DNA of 64,000 nucleotides from an uncultured Thermotogae bacterium (GCA_964608345.1 CAZSNG010000005.1:6261-70260); one strand, 5' to 3'. Positions 27,485-36,877 are shown, numbered from the stretch's first letter. Notes: generated by a model not told the origin, from the sequence alone. Made by a program: numbers and translations.

Positions 27485-28348
27485 TCAGTTCGCGGCGAGA
27501 TGAGACGTGAACCAGTCCGTGACCTCGGTGGAGGCGCGGGATCCGTGCTTCTCGTGGTAGCCGTTCTCGCCGCGGAATTCGTGGCCCGTTCCTGGGATGG
27601 CGACGCAGCGGACACCGTGTGTGCCCTCGTGCAGCCGGGCGCACAGTGCCTCGCACGTGTCCGTGATGATCGGCATATCATCAGTCCCGTAGATGATGAG
27701 GACGGGCGGCGCATCGTCTCCGATGTAGCGCCTGAGGCTGAGTGCGTCGAGCGTCTTCCGATCGATCGACAGCGCCGGCAGGGCCGCGGAGATCTCCGGA
27801 AAGCGATCGACTCCGTCGACGAAGTCGAAGCCGGCGGGGTAGTAGGTTGCGATCGCGGCGAACCGCTCGCCTTTCGAAGCGAGTCCGAGCTGCAGGGCGA
27901 GGTAGCCGCCGGCGCTCGCTCCCCACAGGCCGACCCTCCGCGGGTCCACGCCGTACCCGGTCGCGTGGTCGATGATGAGCTGCGCGGCTTCGTGGACGTC
28001 CTTGACCATGTGATCGAGCGTGGACGGCGGGTGGTTGCTGTGACGCACGTCGAACACCGTGAGCCCCGCGGCGAGGAGGCCGGCGAAGCTGAACTGAGCC
28101 AGTAGCGGAATCGGCGGGTCGGCGCCCTGGACGGGCAATTCATGCGGCTCGAGGAACCGCCATTGAGACTGCCCTGTCGGTGCGTACTGCGCCAGCTTCC
28201 CGGAGACGAACCCGCCGCTGTTGATGAACAGCACGGCACCTCCGTTCGCCGGTGTCGGTCGGTAGACGTCGAACGACAGTGCGACCTCGTGACGGTGTCC
28301 GTAGACGACGTCGGGGACGACCTCGATCCTTCGATTCGGGTGTGCCAT
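27485..28348 (-). CDS. alpha/beta-hydrolase (esterase/lipase-like)
   Basis: 287 aa. Nucleophile elbow GLWGASAGGYLAL, acid region LIIYGTDDMPI, His region GTGHEF. ATG rc 28346-28348. Confidence 0.75.
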   Translation of the reverse strand: MAHPNRRIEVVPDVVYGHRHEVALSFDVYRPTPANGGAVLFINSGGFVSGKLAQYAPTGQSQWRFLEPHELPVQGADPPIPLLAQFSFAGLLAAGLTVFDVRHSNHPPSTLDHMVKDVHEAAQLIIDHATGYGVDPRRVGLWGASAGGYLALQLGLASKGERFAAIATYYPAGFDFVDGVDRFPEISAALPALSIDRKTLDALSLRRYIGDDAPPVLIIYGTDDMPIITDTCEALCARLHEGTHGVRCVAIPGTGHEFRGENGYHEKHGSRASTEVTDWFTSHLAAN

Positions 28349-28606
28349 CTGCGGTTCCTTTCGGGCGTGGGTTCATCCGGTGTGTCGCTGCGGACTGAGG
28401 AGCGGTTCAACGGCGGTGCGCGGTCGTTGAGTCGAGTTGCGTGACGGCAGCCCGTTTGGGATCCCGGCACCGGCCGGACCGGAGGGCGTCAAGGTTCTCC
28501 CGACATGCTTGGACCAATGAGGTACCAGGGATGCGGCCGCCTGACCCACCGGAGTGCGAGACACGAGCAGCGTGTCGCAGAGGGGGCAATGGCACCATCG
28601 AAACTG

Positions 28607-28636
28607 TTGACTGCCCCGCCATCTCGACGGTACTCT
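28607..28636 (+). promoter_or_regulatory. candidate sigma70-like promoter for the LysW-like gene pair
   Basis: TTGACT (28607-28612), 18-nt spacer, TACTCT (28631-28636), about 85 nt upstream of ATG 28722. An imperfect inverted repeat GCGAGACACG..CGTGTCGC lies just upstream (28567-28589). Confidence 0.25.
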
Positions 28637-28721
28637 GCTGCCCTCTGAACGAACCCCAATCAAAAGGCGGACCGACGATCACGCGGCGAGCGGCCGCGTG
28701 CTACGCGGAAGGGAGAAGCTG

Positions 28722-28946
28722 ATGTACGACGTGGTGTGTCCCGTGTGTCAACGTATGATCGAGATCCCCGCGCAGGCGGTCGAGTCGAAGGGTGCACACA
28801 GATGCACCAAGTGCTGGACGTGGTTGAAGGTCGTTGATTCGCATCCGCTGCGGCTGGAGACGTGGTCGGAGGATAGGGAGGTCGCGAGTGTGCCGGCACC
28901 ATCTCGACGCCCATCGAGACTGAGCGAGGAGGAGGACGAGTCGTGA
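28722..28946 (+). CDS. LysW/ArgW-like zinc-ribbon amino-group carrier protein homolog (copy 1)
   Basis: 74 aa from ATG 28722 (GGGAG 6 nt upstream; the ORF-table start 28698 is a GTG). CPVC...x18...CTKC zinc ribbon, then KVVDSHPLRLE and acidic tail ...SEEEDES. Matches the LysW pattern (recalled) CPECG...CEDCGAELEVVGLDPLRLE...EDWGE. Confidence 0.55.
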   Translation: MYDVVCPVCQRMIEIPAQAVESKGAHRCTKCWTWLKVVDSHPLRLETWSEDREVASVPAPSRRPSRLSEEEDES

Positions 28947-29146
28947 TCCCGATCGTTTGCCCGGAATGCGGTGAACCGTTCGAGGTCGATCCGCAGGTAC
29001 TGTTCCTGATGAATCGTTTCTACTGCTCGCTGTGTGACGCATTGCTCGAAGTGATCGAAGAGGAGCCAATCGTCATCGACATCGCGGTCGCGGGGCCTCG
29101 CGATGACGAAGCCGACGAGGAGGACGCCGACTGGGCCGACGACTAG
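28943..29146 (+). CDS. LysW/ArgW-like zinc-ribbon amino-group carrier protein homolog (copy 2)
   Basis: 67 aa. GTG start 28943 overlaps the copy-1 stop (GTGA); its SD GAGGAGGAGGA is encoded by the copy-1 acidic tail. CPECGEPFEV...x18...CSLCDALLEV, then acidic tail EADEEDADWADD. Confidence 0.55.
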   Translation: MIPIVCPECGEPFEVDPQVLFLMNRFYCSLCDALLEVIEEEPIVIDIAVAGPRDDEADEEDADWADD

Positions 29147-29189
29147 GGCGAAACGGGGACAGCCCGGCGTGCTGTCGAAGTCGTCCCGT

Positions 29190-29723
29190 TCACACGTTCT
29201 CCTTTGTCGAATGGATGTCGATCTTCTTCCTGTAGCGAACGGCCGGCACCGAGGCGCCGGCGCTGATGATCTGCGTCGCGCCGTCGAGCGCGTAGCCCAT
29301 CGCCTCGTAGAACCGTCGCGCCGACTCGTTCGCCTCGAACGTCCAGAGGACGATCCGGAGGAACCCTCTGCCAGCGAGCATCCCTTCGACGCGCCGACAC
29401 ACCTCAGCGCCGATTCCCAGGCGCCAGAACTGCGGGCGGAGGTAGATCCCCCAGATCTCTCCGACGACCACGGAGTCGAGATCCTCGTCACGGCACGGGC
29501 CGATCGTCACGTGACCGATTACGCACGCTTGCCGAACTACGACGTACGTTTCCCCTGTCCCGGAGGTGAGGAACTGCCGGAACCGGTCGGCTCTCCGCTC
29601 GGGGTCGAGCGCATCCAAGAAGGAGTCGGGAACGGCTCCTCGGTAGGCGGATTGCCATGCGCCGATGTGCGTTGCCGCCATGGCGGCCGCATCGTCGGGT
29701 GTCGCGACGCGAAGCTCGATCAT
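29190..29723 (-). CDS. GNAT family N-acetyltransferase
   Basis: ORF 29190..29789. Start probably MIELRVATPDD (rc ATG 29721-29723). Acetyl-CoA motif region IWGIYLRPQFWRLGIGAEVCRRVEGMLAGRGF. Confidence 0.7.
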   Translation of the reverse strand: MIELRVATPDDAAAMAATHIGAWQSAYRGAVPDSFLDALDPERRADRFRQFLTSGTGETYVVVRQACVIGHVTIGPCRDEDLDSVVVGEIWGIYLRPQFWRLGIGAEVCRRVEGMLAGRGFLRIVLWTFEANESARRFYEAMGYALDGATQIISAGASVPAVRYRKKIDIHSTKENV

Positions 29724-29833
29724 GCAGGAAGGGTACGGTGTTCGAGGAGAAGCGGTCAAGAGTCGGGAGACGGGTGGATCTGGTTGCATCGTAGGGCGGG
29801 CTGACTCATGCTGTCCGCGACGGAGGAGGACGG

Positions 29834-31075
29834 GTGCGGGCGACGACCGATCGGATGTTCTGGCGGTTCCGGGCGTACGGGTTCCTGAAGAACCTGCGGT
29901 TCTTCGACCCGTTCCTCATTCTCTTCTTCCGCGAAGCGGGGCTGACGTACCTAGCGATTGGCTCCCTATACGCGATCCGCGAGATCTGCGCGAACGTCCT
30001 GGAGATTCCGACCGGACTCATCGCCGACGCGTTCGGTCGCCGGCGAGCGATGATCGCAGCGTTTGCGACGTACCTCGGCTCGTTCGTCCTATTCGGTATC
30101 TTCTCGAGCTACCCGGTGTACGCGGTGGCGATGATCCTGTTCGCGCTCGGGGACGCGCTGCGCTCGGGGACGCACAAAGCGATGATCCTCGAGCACCTGC
30201 GGCAGCGGGGCCAGGAGGATCGTCGCGTCGCGTACTACGGACGCACGCGGGCGGCGTCGCAGCTCGGGTCGGCGTTGGCGGCGTTGATTGGCGCCGGTGT
30301 TGTCCTCTGGGCGGGAAGCTATCGCACGGCCTTCCTCGCATCGATGATCCCGTATGTCCTCGGCCTCGTCCTGATGGCCACGTACCCGAGCCGGCTCGAC
30401 GGACACGTGGAGCGGATCGGCTGGTCGTGGTCCGACGTGTTCGGGCGCCTGCGCGACGCGGTTCGGGCGTCGGTCGCGGCGCTACGGCAGCCGTGCCTCC
30501 TTAGGGGGCTGTGCAGCGGCGGCACGTTCGACGCCATCTTCCGGTCGACCAAGGACTACCTCCAGCCAATCGTGCAGACCCAGGCGCTTGCGCTCCCACT
30601 CTTCCTGTCCTTGCGAGGCGAGCAGCGCGTCGCGGTGGTCGTCGGCGGTCTGTACTTCGTGATCTACCTGCTGACGAGCTTCTCTTCGTCCCGGGCCGGC
30701 CACGTGGCGTCGCGCGTGTCGCCGTCGAAGGCGATCAACGGGATCTACGTGCTCGGGATGGCGCTTCTCGTGGTGGCCGGCCTGTCGGCATGGGGCGGAT
30801 GGGAAGCCGCTGCGATCGCCGCGTTCCTGCTGTTGTACGCGGCGCAGAACATCCGACGCCCGATGATCGTCGGCTATGTCTCCGAACGAATCGACCATCG
30901 GATGATGGCAACGGGCTTGTCGGTCGAAGCGCAGTTGCGCACGATCCTGACGGCGATCCTCGCGCCGCTCGTTGGACTTACGGCGGACCGCCTCGGCGTG
31001 GGCGCGGCGATCCTGACGCTCGGCGCCGCGGCGGTCATCGTTTACCCGTTCGTGCGGGTTCGGGGAGCCGGCTAG
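29834..31075 (+). CDS. MFS transporter
   Basis: 413 aa with ~12 predicted hydrophobic helices and MFS-type motif GLIADAFGRRRAM. GTG 29834 follows GGAGGAGGA; alternative ATG 29855. Confidence 0.75.
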   Translation: MRATTDRMFWRFRAYGFLKNLRFFDPFLILFFREAGLTYLAIGSLYAIREICANVLEIPTGLIADAFGRRRAMIAAFATYLGSFVLFGIFSSYPVYAVAMILFALGDALRSGTHKAMILEHLRQRGQEDRRVAYYGRTRAASQLGSALAALIGAGVVLWAGSYRTAFLASMIPYVLGLVLMATYPSRLDGHVERIGWSWSDVFGRLRDAVRASVAALRQPCLLRGLCSGGTFDAIFRSTKDYLQPIVQTQALALPLFLSLRGEQRVAVVVGGLYFVIYLLTSFSSSRAGHVASRVSPSKAINGIYVLGMALLVVAGLSAWGGWEAAAIAAFLLLYAAQNIRRPMIVGYVSERIDHRMMATGLSVEAQLRTILTAILAPLVGLTADRLGVGAAILTLGAAAVIVYPFVRVRGAG

Positions 31076-33888
31076 AACGGTAGGGCGAAGTCGAAGTACA
31101 CGGATTCCTCTCCATCGAGCCCGCTCAACGGGTAGGCGTATCCGAGCGACATGGCGAGCCCGCCGCCGAGCACCCCATCGACGAGGATCGTGAGTTCCGC
31201 CCCGGCCTCAACGCGGATGCCCGACTCACAGACGAGATCGCATCCGCCCCACGTCCTCCCGCCCTGGATGAACGCGCTCGCGATGACATCCTCGACCCTC
31301 GTGAGGTTGAAGATCGGATAGCCGAGGTTGCGGGCGAGCGGCGGGAACGACAACGCAAGCCGGCCGTATAGCTGCCGATTCCCGAACGGGGGGAGTTCGA
31401 ACGCGCGGAGGCGGTTCAACGAGAACATGAAGTCGGTCGGAACGGTCTCGATCAGCGAGGTGCCTGCCGATACGGAGAGATCGAGGTAGAACAAGTGTGC
31501 GAGGCGGATGCGCTTCATGCCCGACCACTCGGCCGTCGCGAACGGCTCGGCGCCGAATCCGGGAATGCCGGCACGAACGGTCACGGTGTTGATCATGTAC
31601 AGCGACAGGAGGTCGGATCGGCCGAATTGGGCCATCAGGTAGGGGATCGGGCGAGGCAGCTCGCCGAGCGCGCCGACCGTCAGGGCGAACTGGTTCACGG
31701 GATACCAGTAGGTGCCTGCACTGCCGATCTCGGGATTCGAGAAGCCTAGCACGTGCAGCGTGAGCCGGGCGTCGAGCTCGCCGGTGCCCTCGGCGGGATC
31801 GAGATCGATCACGGAAGCGGTGGCCGAGAGCGAGAGGCTTCGATCGATGTTTGCGGCAAGAACCCCGATCACGTCCCACGTCTCGAACGCATCGAGGAAA
31901 TCGCCGTACGACGCGTTGGGATCGACGTGCGGCATCGCCGTGATGCTCCAGCGGTGGTCGGTGCGGAAGCTGCCGGACACGCCGGTCGGCGAGAGGCTGA
32001 TCACGTAGGCATCAAGCGGCCTGCCGATCTCGGGGGCATCATCGTCGCGGAACGGATGCCCGACGAGGATCCGGCGGGGCGAGTGGTTGTTGAAGCGATT
32101 AGCGTCCAGGAGCATCTCGTCGGGGTCGAGGTGGACGGAGCGAACCGGCGCGGACGTCTCGAGGATCAGCGCATCGGCGGCGCAGCAGTCCGGCTCCCAG
32201 ACCGCGTCGACGACCGTGCCGTCATCGAGCGTTGCGCGCACCGGAACCGGCAGTTCCGGCCCGTCTCGGCGCAGGCGGATCGTCGTGGTGAATCCGTCCC
32301 CGAATTCGACCGACTCAAACCCGTCGATCGCGACGTCGTGTCGAGCGTCCCCGTACAGCCAGTCGTCGAAGAACCGCTCGAGATCGACGCCGGATGCGTC
32401 CTCAGCAAGGCTCCGGAACACATCGACGGTAAGCACCTCCCCGCGCCACGAGGCGTTTGCTTCGACCAGCGCGGTGCGCAGGGCGTCTCGGCCGATGAGC
32501 GACTCGAGCGTTCGCAGAACGAGGTAGCCCTTGTTGTAGACGCGGATGGACTGGCCGTTGAGGTAGTCGACGTCGACCATCGGCTTAACGATCGCCTCGT
32601 CGAAGTCCATTCGTAGGAGCTCGAGGTACGGGCTCTCGGACAGGTGTTGGCGGAGATTCAGGTAGCCAAACTCGCCGCGGATGACGTCCTCGAGTAGGCC
32701 GGAGCCGAGATGCGAGAGCAGGTTGGGCTCGAGAGCGCCGTACTTCTCCTCGAAGTAGGTGATCGAGAGGTACTCGGCGAACCCTTCGGAGATCCAGTTC
32801 TCGGCGTCGAAGTCCGTGCCGATCCCGATTCCCCACCAGAGGTGGGCCGCCTCGTGAGCGAGCAGGTACTCGAGGAGGCGGTCGTAGACGCCGAGCGCTG
32901 GCATGTCCTTGAGCTGCGAGAAGCTCCGCCCGGCGAGGATCATCCCGTCGGCAGCCATTCCGAAGAACCCTGGAGACGGGGCTTCGGCCAGCACGAGTCG
33001 GCCGTAGCCGAGCGGGCCGAACGTGTCGCTGTGGTACGCGAGGATCTCGGCGAGGTAGGAGAGCGATAGCCTGGCGAACGTTTCGCCACCAGGCAGGTAG
33101 ACGGCCTCGAGTTCGACGCCGTTCCACGCCGAGGAAACCGAGTCCAGTTCGGTCCCGAGGATCAGCGGGACGGATCGCACCGGATGGCTGTTCGTCAGTT
33201 CGTACGATGTCAGACCGGCGACCGTCTCGAGTTCGTCCTGACGGTCGGCGCCGCCGAACAGGCGGTACTCCTCGGGGACCGTGAGCACGGCATGGTAGTC
33301 AGCCGCTGGGATGGCGAAGCCGCCGTCGCGCGCTGCGGCGGAAACGGCGATCGGGTTCCAGCCGAACCGCCAGACGTACGTCTCCCGATAGACGCAGTTG
33401 TCGAGGGCCATGGCATGGGAGAACCGAGTCTCGAACTCGATGTTCACGGTGACGCGCTCGCCCGGGCCGAGCGAAGCGGGCAGGTCGATGACGAGGAGTC
33501 CGGCCTTCAGCGAGTAGGTCTGCTGGGCGGGCGGAAACGGCTCGAAGTGATGAGGAAGCGGCTGGCCGGAGACGTTGGTGACGTCGTGGATTCGTGTCCA
33601 CGTCGGGTCGAATCCGCGGACGTACTGCGAATCGAGGACCGCAGGGTGCAGATACGGATTCGGCTCGGCTCCCCAGTTGCCGATGAGGCTGAACAGGATT
33701 TCGTCGACGGCGGTGTCGGTGTCGTTGATGTAGTTCACCTGCTGCGACCCGACGAGTGTTTGCTCGGCCGGATCGAGCGTCACCCGGATGTCATACCGCG
33801 TCCATGCGTCTTCGATCTCGGCGATTGCGCCCGCGGCCGTTAGGCACACGATAGCGGCCAGTGCAATGGGTCCCCACATCATCCTCAT
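31072..33888 (-). CDS. secreted M1-family (aminopeptidase N-like) zinc metallopeptidase with long C-terminal extension
   Basis: ORF 31072..33939 trimmed to MRMMWGPIALAAIV (rc ATG 33886-33888, GAGGAGGA SD). HEAAHLWWG (HEXXH) plus NWISEGFAEYLS (gluzincin Glu). About 450 additional C-terminal residues of unknown fold. Confidence 0.8.
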   Translation of the reverse strand: MRMMWGPIALAAIVCLTAAGAIAEIEDAWTRYDIRVTLDPAEQTLVGSQQVNYINDTDTAVDEILFSLIGNWGAEPNPYLHPAVLDSQYVRGFDPTWTRIHDVTNVSGQPLPHHFEPFPPAQQTYSLKAGLLVIDLPASLGPGERVTVNIEFETRFSHAMALDNCVYRETYVWRFGWNPIAVSAAARDGGFAIPAADYHAVLTVPEEYRLFGGADRQDELETVAGLTSYELTNSHPVRSVPLILGTELDSVSSAWNGVELEAVYLPGGETFARLSLSYLAEILAYHSDTFGPLGYGRLVLAEAPSPGFFGMAADGMILAGRSFSQLKDMPALGVYDRLLEYLLAHEAAHLWWGIGIGTDFDAENWISEGFAEYLSITYFEEKYGALEPNLLSHLGSGLLEDVIRGEFGYLNLRQHLSESPYLELLRMDFDEAIVKPMVDVDYLNGQSIRVYNKGYLVLRTLESLIGRDALRTALVEANASWRGEVLTVDVFRSLAEDASGVDLERFFDDWLYGDARHDVAIDGFESVEFGDGFTTTIRLRRDGPELPVPVRATLDDGTVVDAVWEPDCCAADALILETSAPVRSVHLDPDEMLLDANRFNNHSPRRILVGHPFRDDDAPEIGRPLDAYVISLSPTGVSGSFRTDHRWSITAMPHVDPNASYGDFLDAFETWDVIGVLAANIDRSLSLSATASVIDLDPAEGTGELDARLTLHVLGFSNPEIGSAGTYWYPVNQFALTVGALGELPRPIPYLMAQFGRSDLLSLYMINTVTVRAGIPGFGAEPFATAEWSGMKRIRLAHLFYLDLSVSAGTSLIETVPTDFMFSLNRLRAFELPPFGNRQLYGRLALSFPPLARNLGYPIFNLTRVEDVIASAFIQGGRTWGGCDLVCESGIRVEAGAELTILVDGVLGGGLAMSLGYAYPLSGLDGEESVYFDFALPF

Positions 33889-33978
33889 GTTCGTCCTCCT
33901 CGGTGCACCCCCGGCCGACGTGACCGCCGGACGGGGCATGGTAGGAGAATCCCCGCAGGCAGTCCAGTGGAGGATGCG

Positions 33979-34743
33979 CTATGAGATGGCGTCGGCGACG
34001 AGTTCGGCGAACCCGTCCGGGTTGTCGACGAGCATGTCGTGTCCCGACCCTTCGAGGACGCGGACGTCGACTCCATCGGCTCTCAGGCGGTCGACGTCCG
34101 GACTGGGGACGTTCTTGTCGCCGTAGATGAACGTTCTGGGGATCTCGAGACGAGCGAGATGCTCCCGGTACGCTGGACGGCGCTGCGCGATCAAGGAAAC
34201 GGCGCTGCGGTGCAGGGCGACCGAATCGCACGCCCGGAGGGTCCCGGCGTACTCCGGGAAGCCCGCATTCCGGATCTGGCCGACGAACCGCGCATGCCCG
34301 TAGCTCGCGAATTCCTGTTCGGTCATCGATGTGATCGGGCCGCTGACCATCCCGGGACCCGGGTCGAGGTTGCCTTCGGCGACGATCAAGTGTTCGACGC
34401 AGCCGGGTGCGGCGGCGGCCGTGAGGACGGCGATCGATCCGCCCATGCTGTGGCCGACCAGCGCGCAGCGCGAGACGTTCGCACGCTCCAGGAGGCGCTC
34501 CACGATCTCCGCTTGCGCGTCCATCGTGTAATCGAAGTCGGCGGGGCGGTCACTGTATCCGAATCCGAGCAGATCGATGAGCAGGGCTCGGTGATCGCGA
34601 AGACGCGGGTGCGCCGCTGCACGGGCGAAGTACGAGGAGGACGCGGAGCCGAGGCCGTGGAGGAACACGAGGGCCGGTTCGCGGCCCGGGAGATCGTGAT
34701 AACGCAGGTATGAACCGAGCCTCTCGACGAGATGGGCGTTCAC
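33979..34743 (-). CDS. alpha/beta-hydrolase
   Basis: 254 aa. GTG start (rc cac 34741-34743). ALVFLHGLGSASSSY and nucleophile elbow LVGHSMGGSIAV. Lies 27 nt downstream of the SDH-family gene and 90 nt upstream of the M1 peptidase gene, same strand. Confidence 0.75.
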   Translation of the reverse strand: MNAHLVERLGSYLRYHDLPGREPALVFLHGLGSASSSYFARAAAHPRLRDHRALLIDLLGFGYSDRPADFDYTMDAQAEIVERLLERANVSRCALVGHSMGGSIAVLTAAAAPGCVEHLIVAEGNLDPGPGMVSGPITSMTEQEFASYGHARFVGQIRNAGFPEYAGTLRACDSVALHRSAVSLIAQRRPAYREHLARLEIPRTFIYGDKNVPSPDVDRLRADGVDVRVLEGSGHDMLVDNPDGFAELVADAIS

Positions 34744-34770
34744 GTGTTCATCCTCATGATGGGCCTCGCA

Positions 34771-35910
34771 TCAGCCGACGGGCTCGACAGCCGTGCGGTA
34801 GTTGATCCCTCGCTCGCGAAGGCCCGACAGGATGAACTCGACGGCCGCCGGATTCCGGCCGATCCGCTCCGGTGGCGCGATTCCCGGTTCCGTCCACCGC
34901 CCGCTCGCGAGGAGACGCACGGCCATCGTGGCGGTGTAGCCGGTGGTCCGTGCCATCGAAGTCGTGCGCGTGATCGGATCGTATCGGTCGAGTAGGTTGG
35001 TTCGATAGCGGATCGCCTTGCCGTCCGCCAGTCCGGCGACGTCGATCCGCATGACCGTCAAGTCCTGTTCACCCTCTCGGAGCTCCCACAGCGGGAAGAG
35101 GAGGGTCGTTGCGAGATCGATCGGGCGGATTTCGCGCCCGTCGATCTCGATCGGCTCCTCCGCGAGGAACCCGGCGTCGCGCAGGAGCTGCACCTTCTTC
35201 GCGTGTCCGGGGTACCGGAGCGTCTTCTCGACCATGTCGGGCGCTTCGATCGTATCGACGAGTGTTCGCAGGCCGTCGGTGAGAAACGCTTCCAGAGTTC
35301 CGACCGACCCGAAGTCGAGTTGTTCGAGGTCGCTCAGCGCGGGCCGGGTGACGGTCTCGCCGCCCACAACGAGCCGAGCCGGGCGGGTGTACTCCTCGAT
35401 CACATCGATCGGGGAGAAGACGGCGCGGTACTCGAACGGCGGCACACGGTCGGCGGGCAGGCCGCCGACGTAGATTGCCACCGAGTGGGTCTCATCCAGC
35501 AAGGCGTCGGCATGCCCCACCAGGAGGTTACTCATACCCGGCGCGACGCCGCAATCGACGATCGCCCGAACGCCGAGTTCCTTCGCCAGACGGTCCAACC
35601 CGAACGGGTCTTCGGGGAAGAACGCGATGTCGACGACGTCGACCTTCGCTTCGATGACTGCTTCGAGCGTGCGATATCCGAGAAAGCCGGGCACAGCGCT
35701 GACGACAAGGTCCGCCCCGTCGATCGCCCGCGCGACGGTGCTCGGGAGGGAGAAGTCGACCCGCTCCCCGGGGATTCCGTGGCGCTCGGCGAGCCCCGAG
35801 ATTCGGTCCGCATCGCGGTCGGCGACCCGGACCTCGAACGCCTCATCCTTGGCCAGATCGATTGCCATCGCGCTGCCGACGCGCCCCGCACCCAGTACGA
35901 CGACCTTCAT
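34771..35910 (-). CDS. saccharopine dehydrogenase (NAD(P)-binding) family protein
   Basis: ORF 34771..36390 trimmed to MKVVVLGAGRVGSAMA (rc ATG 35908-35910, GGAGG 4 nt upstream). The 160-aa upstream extension is R/S-rich junk. Sacchrp_dh N+C domain layout. Confidence 0.8.
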   Translation of the reverse strand: MKVVVLGAGRVGSAMAIDLAKDEAFEVRVADRDADRISGLAERHGIPGERVDFSLPSTVARAIDGADLVVSAVPGFLGYRTLEAVIEAKVDVVDIAFFPEDPFGLDRLAKELGVRAIVDCGVAPGMSNLLVGHADALLDETHSVAIYVGGLPADRVPPFEYRAVFSPIDVIEEYTRPARLVVGGETVTRPALSDLEQLDFGSVGTLEAFLTDGLRTLVDTIEAPDMVEKTLRYPGHAKKVQLLRDAGFLAEEPIEIDGREIRPIDLATTLLFPLWELREGEQDLTVMRIDVAGLADGKAIRYRTNLLDRYDPITRTTSMARTTGYTATMAVRLLASGRWTEPGIAPPERIGRNPAAVEFILSGLRERGINYRTAVEPVG

Positions 35911-36028
35911 GGGACCTCCGTCCACGGAACCGTTGACGATTGTACGAACGCACGTCGGGCTGCGCGAGGTCCTTGCGACGGAGCGGAGACGGCCGCGTGG
36001 CAGGCTGCAACGAAAGGCGGACCGGCCG

Positions 36029-36877
36029 ATGCTGATCGACGAAACGAGCCTCAGCAGGACGATCGACGCGGTCGACCTGAGACTGGCCGAGCACGGCGAC
36101 CTCACACGGAACGAGCGTGACCGTGTCGCCGCTTTTCTGCTCGACCGGCAGACCCCACGCGGACGCGGCGCCGGCATGGTCTTGCCGTTCCCGGGCGAGT
36201 TCGAAGCGGGTGTCCACCTGTTCACGGGGGAGCGGCTGCGGACCCGGCTGGCTACGCGCAATGTGCTCACGCTCGAGGCTGCGCGGATCCTCTCGGTGGT
36301 CGCCGCGGGGCGGCCGGGCGTCGCGAGTGCCGTGTCGCGCAGCTCGACCGCAATCGGGCATGCGTGCTTTGCCGCCTCACACTGCGTCATCGGCGAGTGC
36401 GCTCATTCCTCGATCGCGTACATGCGCGACGCTGCGTCCGAGCGAAGCGGCGATCGAAGGAAGTGGATCGAGAAACACGTGCGGGTCATCGGTGCACATC
36501 GCGACGGATCCGGCCGGTGGAAGCGATTCCCGTTCTACTACACGCTGCTCGCGTTGCTCGAGGCAGGGACGCCGGCTGCGAACGCGGAGATCGAGTACGC
36601 GCAGGCCGCCTGCCGAAGGGTGATCGGGCGGGCGACGGGCGGCGCGTACGCGAAGCGGCGGAAGATCGTCCTGGAACGCGCGGCCGAACGTGTCGGCGCG
36701 ACAGGGGCGCTGTTGGGACGCACGCGACACTCGACGCAGAAGAGGAAGGAGGCGCCACCGGACGGCGCGGCGCCTCCTCTGCATCGTGGCGTTCCACGCG
36801 CGATCGCCGCGGCTACGCGGCGATCGGAAGGTACAGGTCGAACGTCCACTTCTCCGGATCGGTCTCGGTCGGATTGA
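36029..36877 (+). CDS. hypothetical protein
   Basis: Sub-ORF of 35627..36877 starting MLIDETSLSRTIDAVDL (ATG 36029). Protein-like composition over ~230 aa (…YYTLLALLEAGTPAANAEIEYAQAACRRVIGR…). C-terminal ~50 aa low complexity and overlapping the convergent GyrI-like gene, so the true stop is uncertain. Confidence 0.4.
   Translation: MLIDETSLSRTIDAVDLRLAEHGDLTRNERDRVAAFLLDRQTPRGRGAGMVLPFPGEFEAGVHLFTGERLRTRLATRNVLTLEAARILSVVAAGRPGVASAVSRSSTAIGHACFAASHCVIGECAHSSIAYMRDAASERSGDRRKWIEKHVRVIGAHRDGSGRWKRFPFYYTLLALLEAGTPAANAEIEYAQAACRRVIGRATGGAYAKRRKIVLERAAERVGATGALLGRTRHSTQKRKEAPPDGAAPPLHRGVPRAIAAATRRSEGTGRTSTSPDRSRSD

Noticed and set aside
34771-36390. N-terminal 160-aa extension of the saccharopine-dehydrogenase-family ORF
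   Set aside because: Extension is R/S-rich with no SD. The Rossmann motif MKVVVLGAGRVG starts right after a GGAGG SD at 35910.
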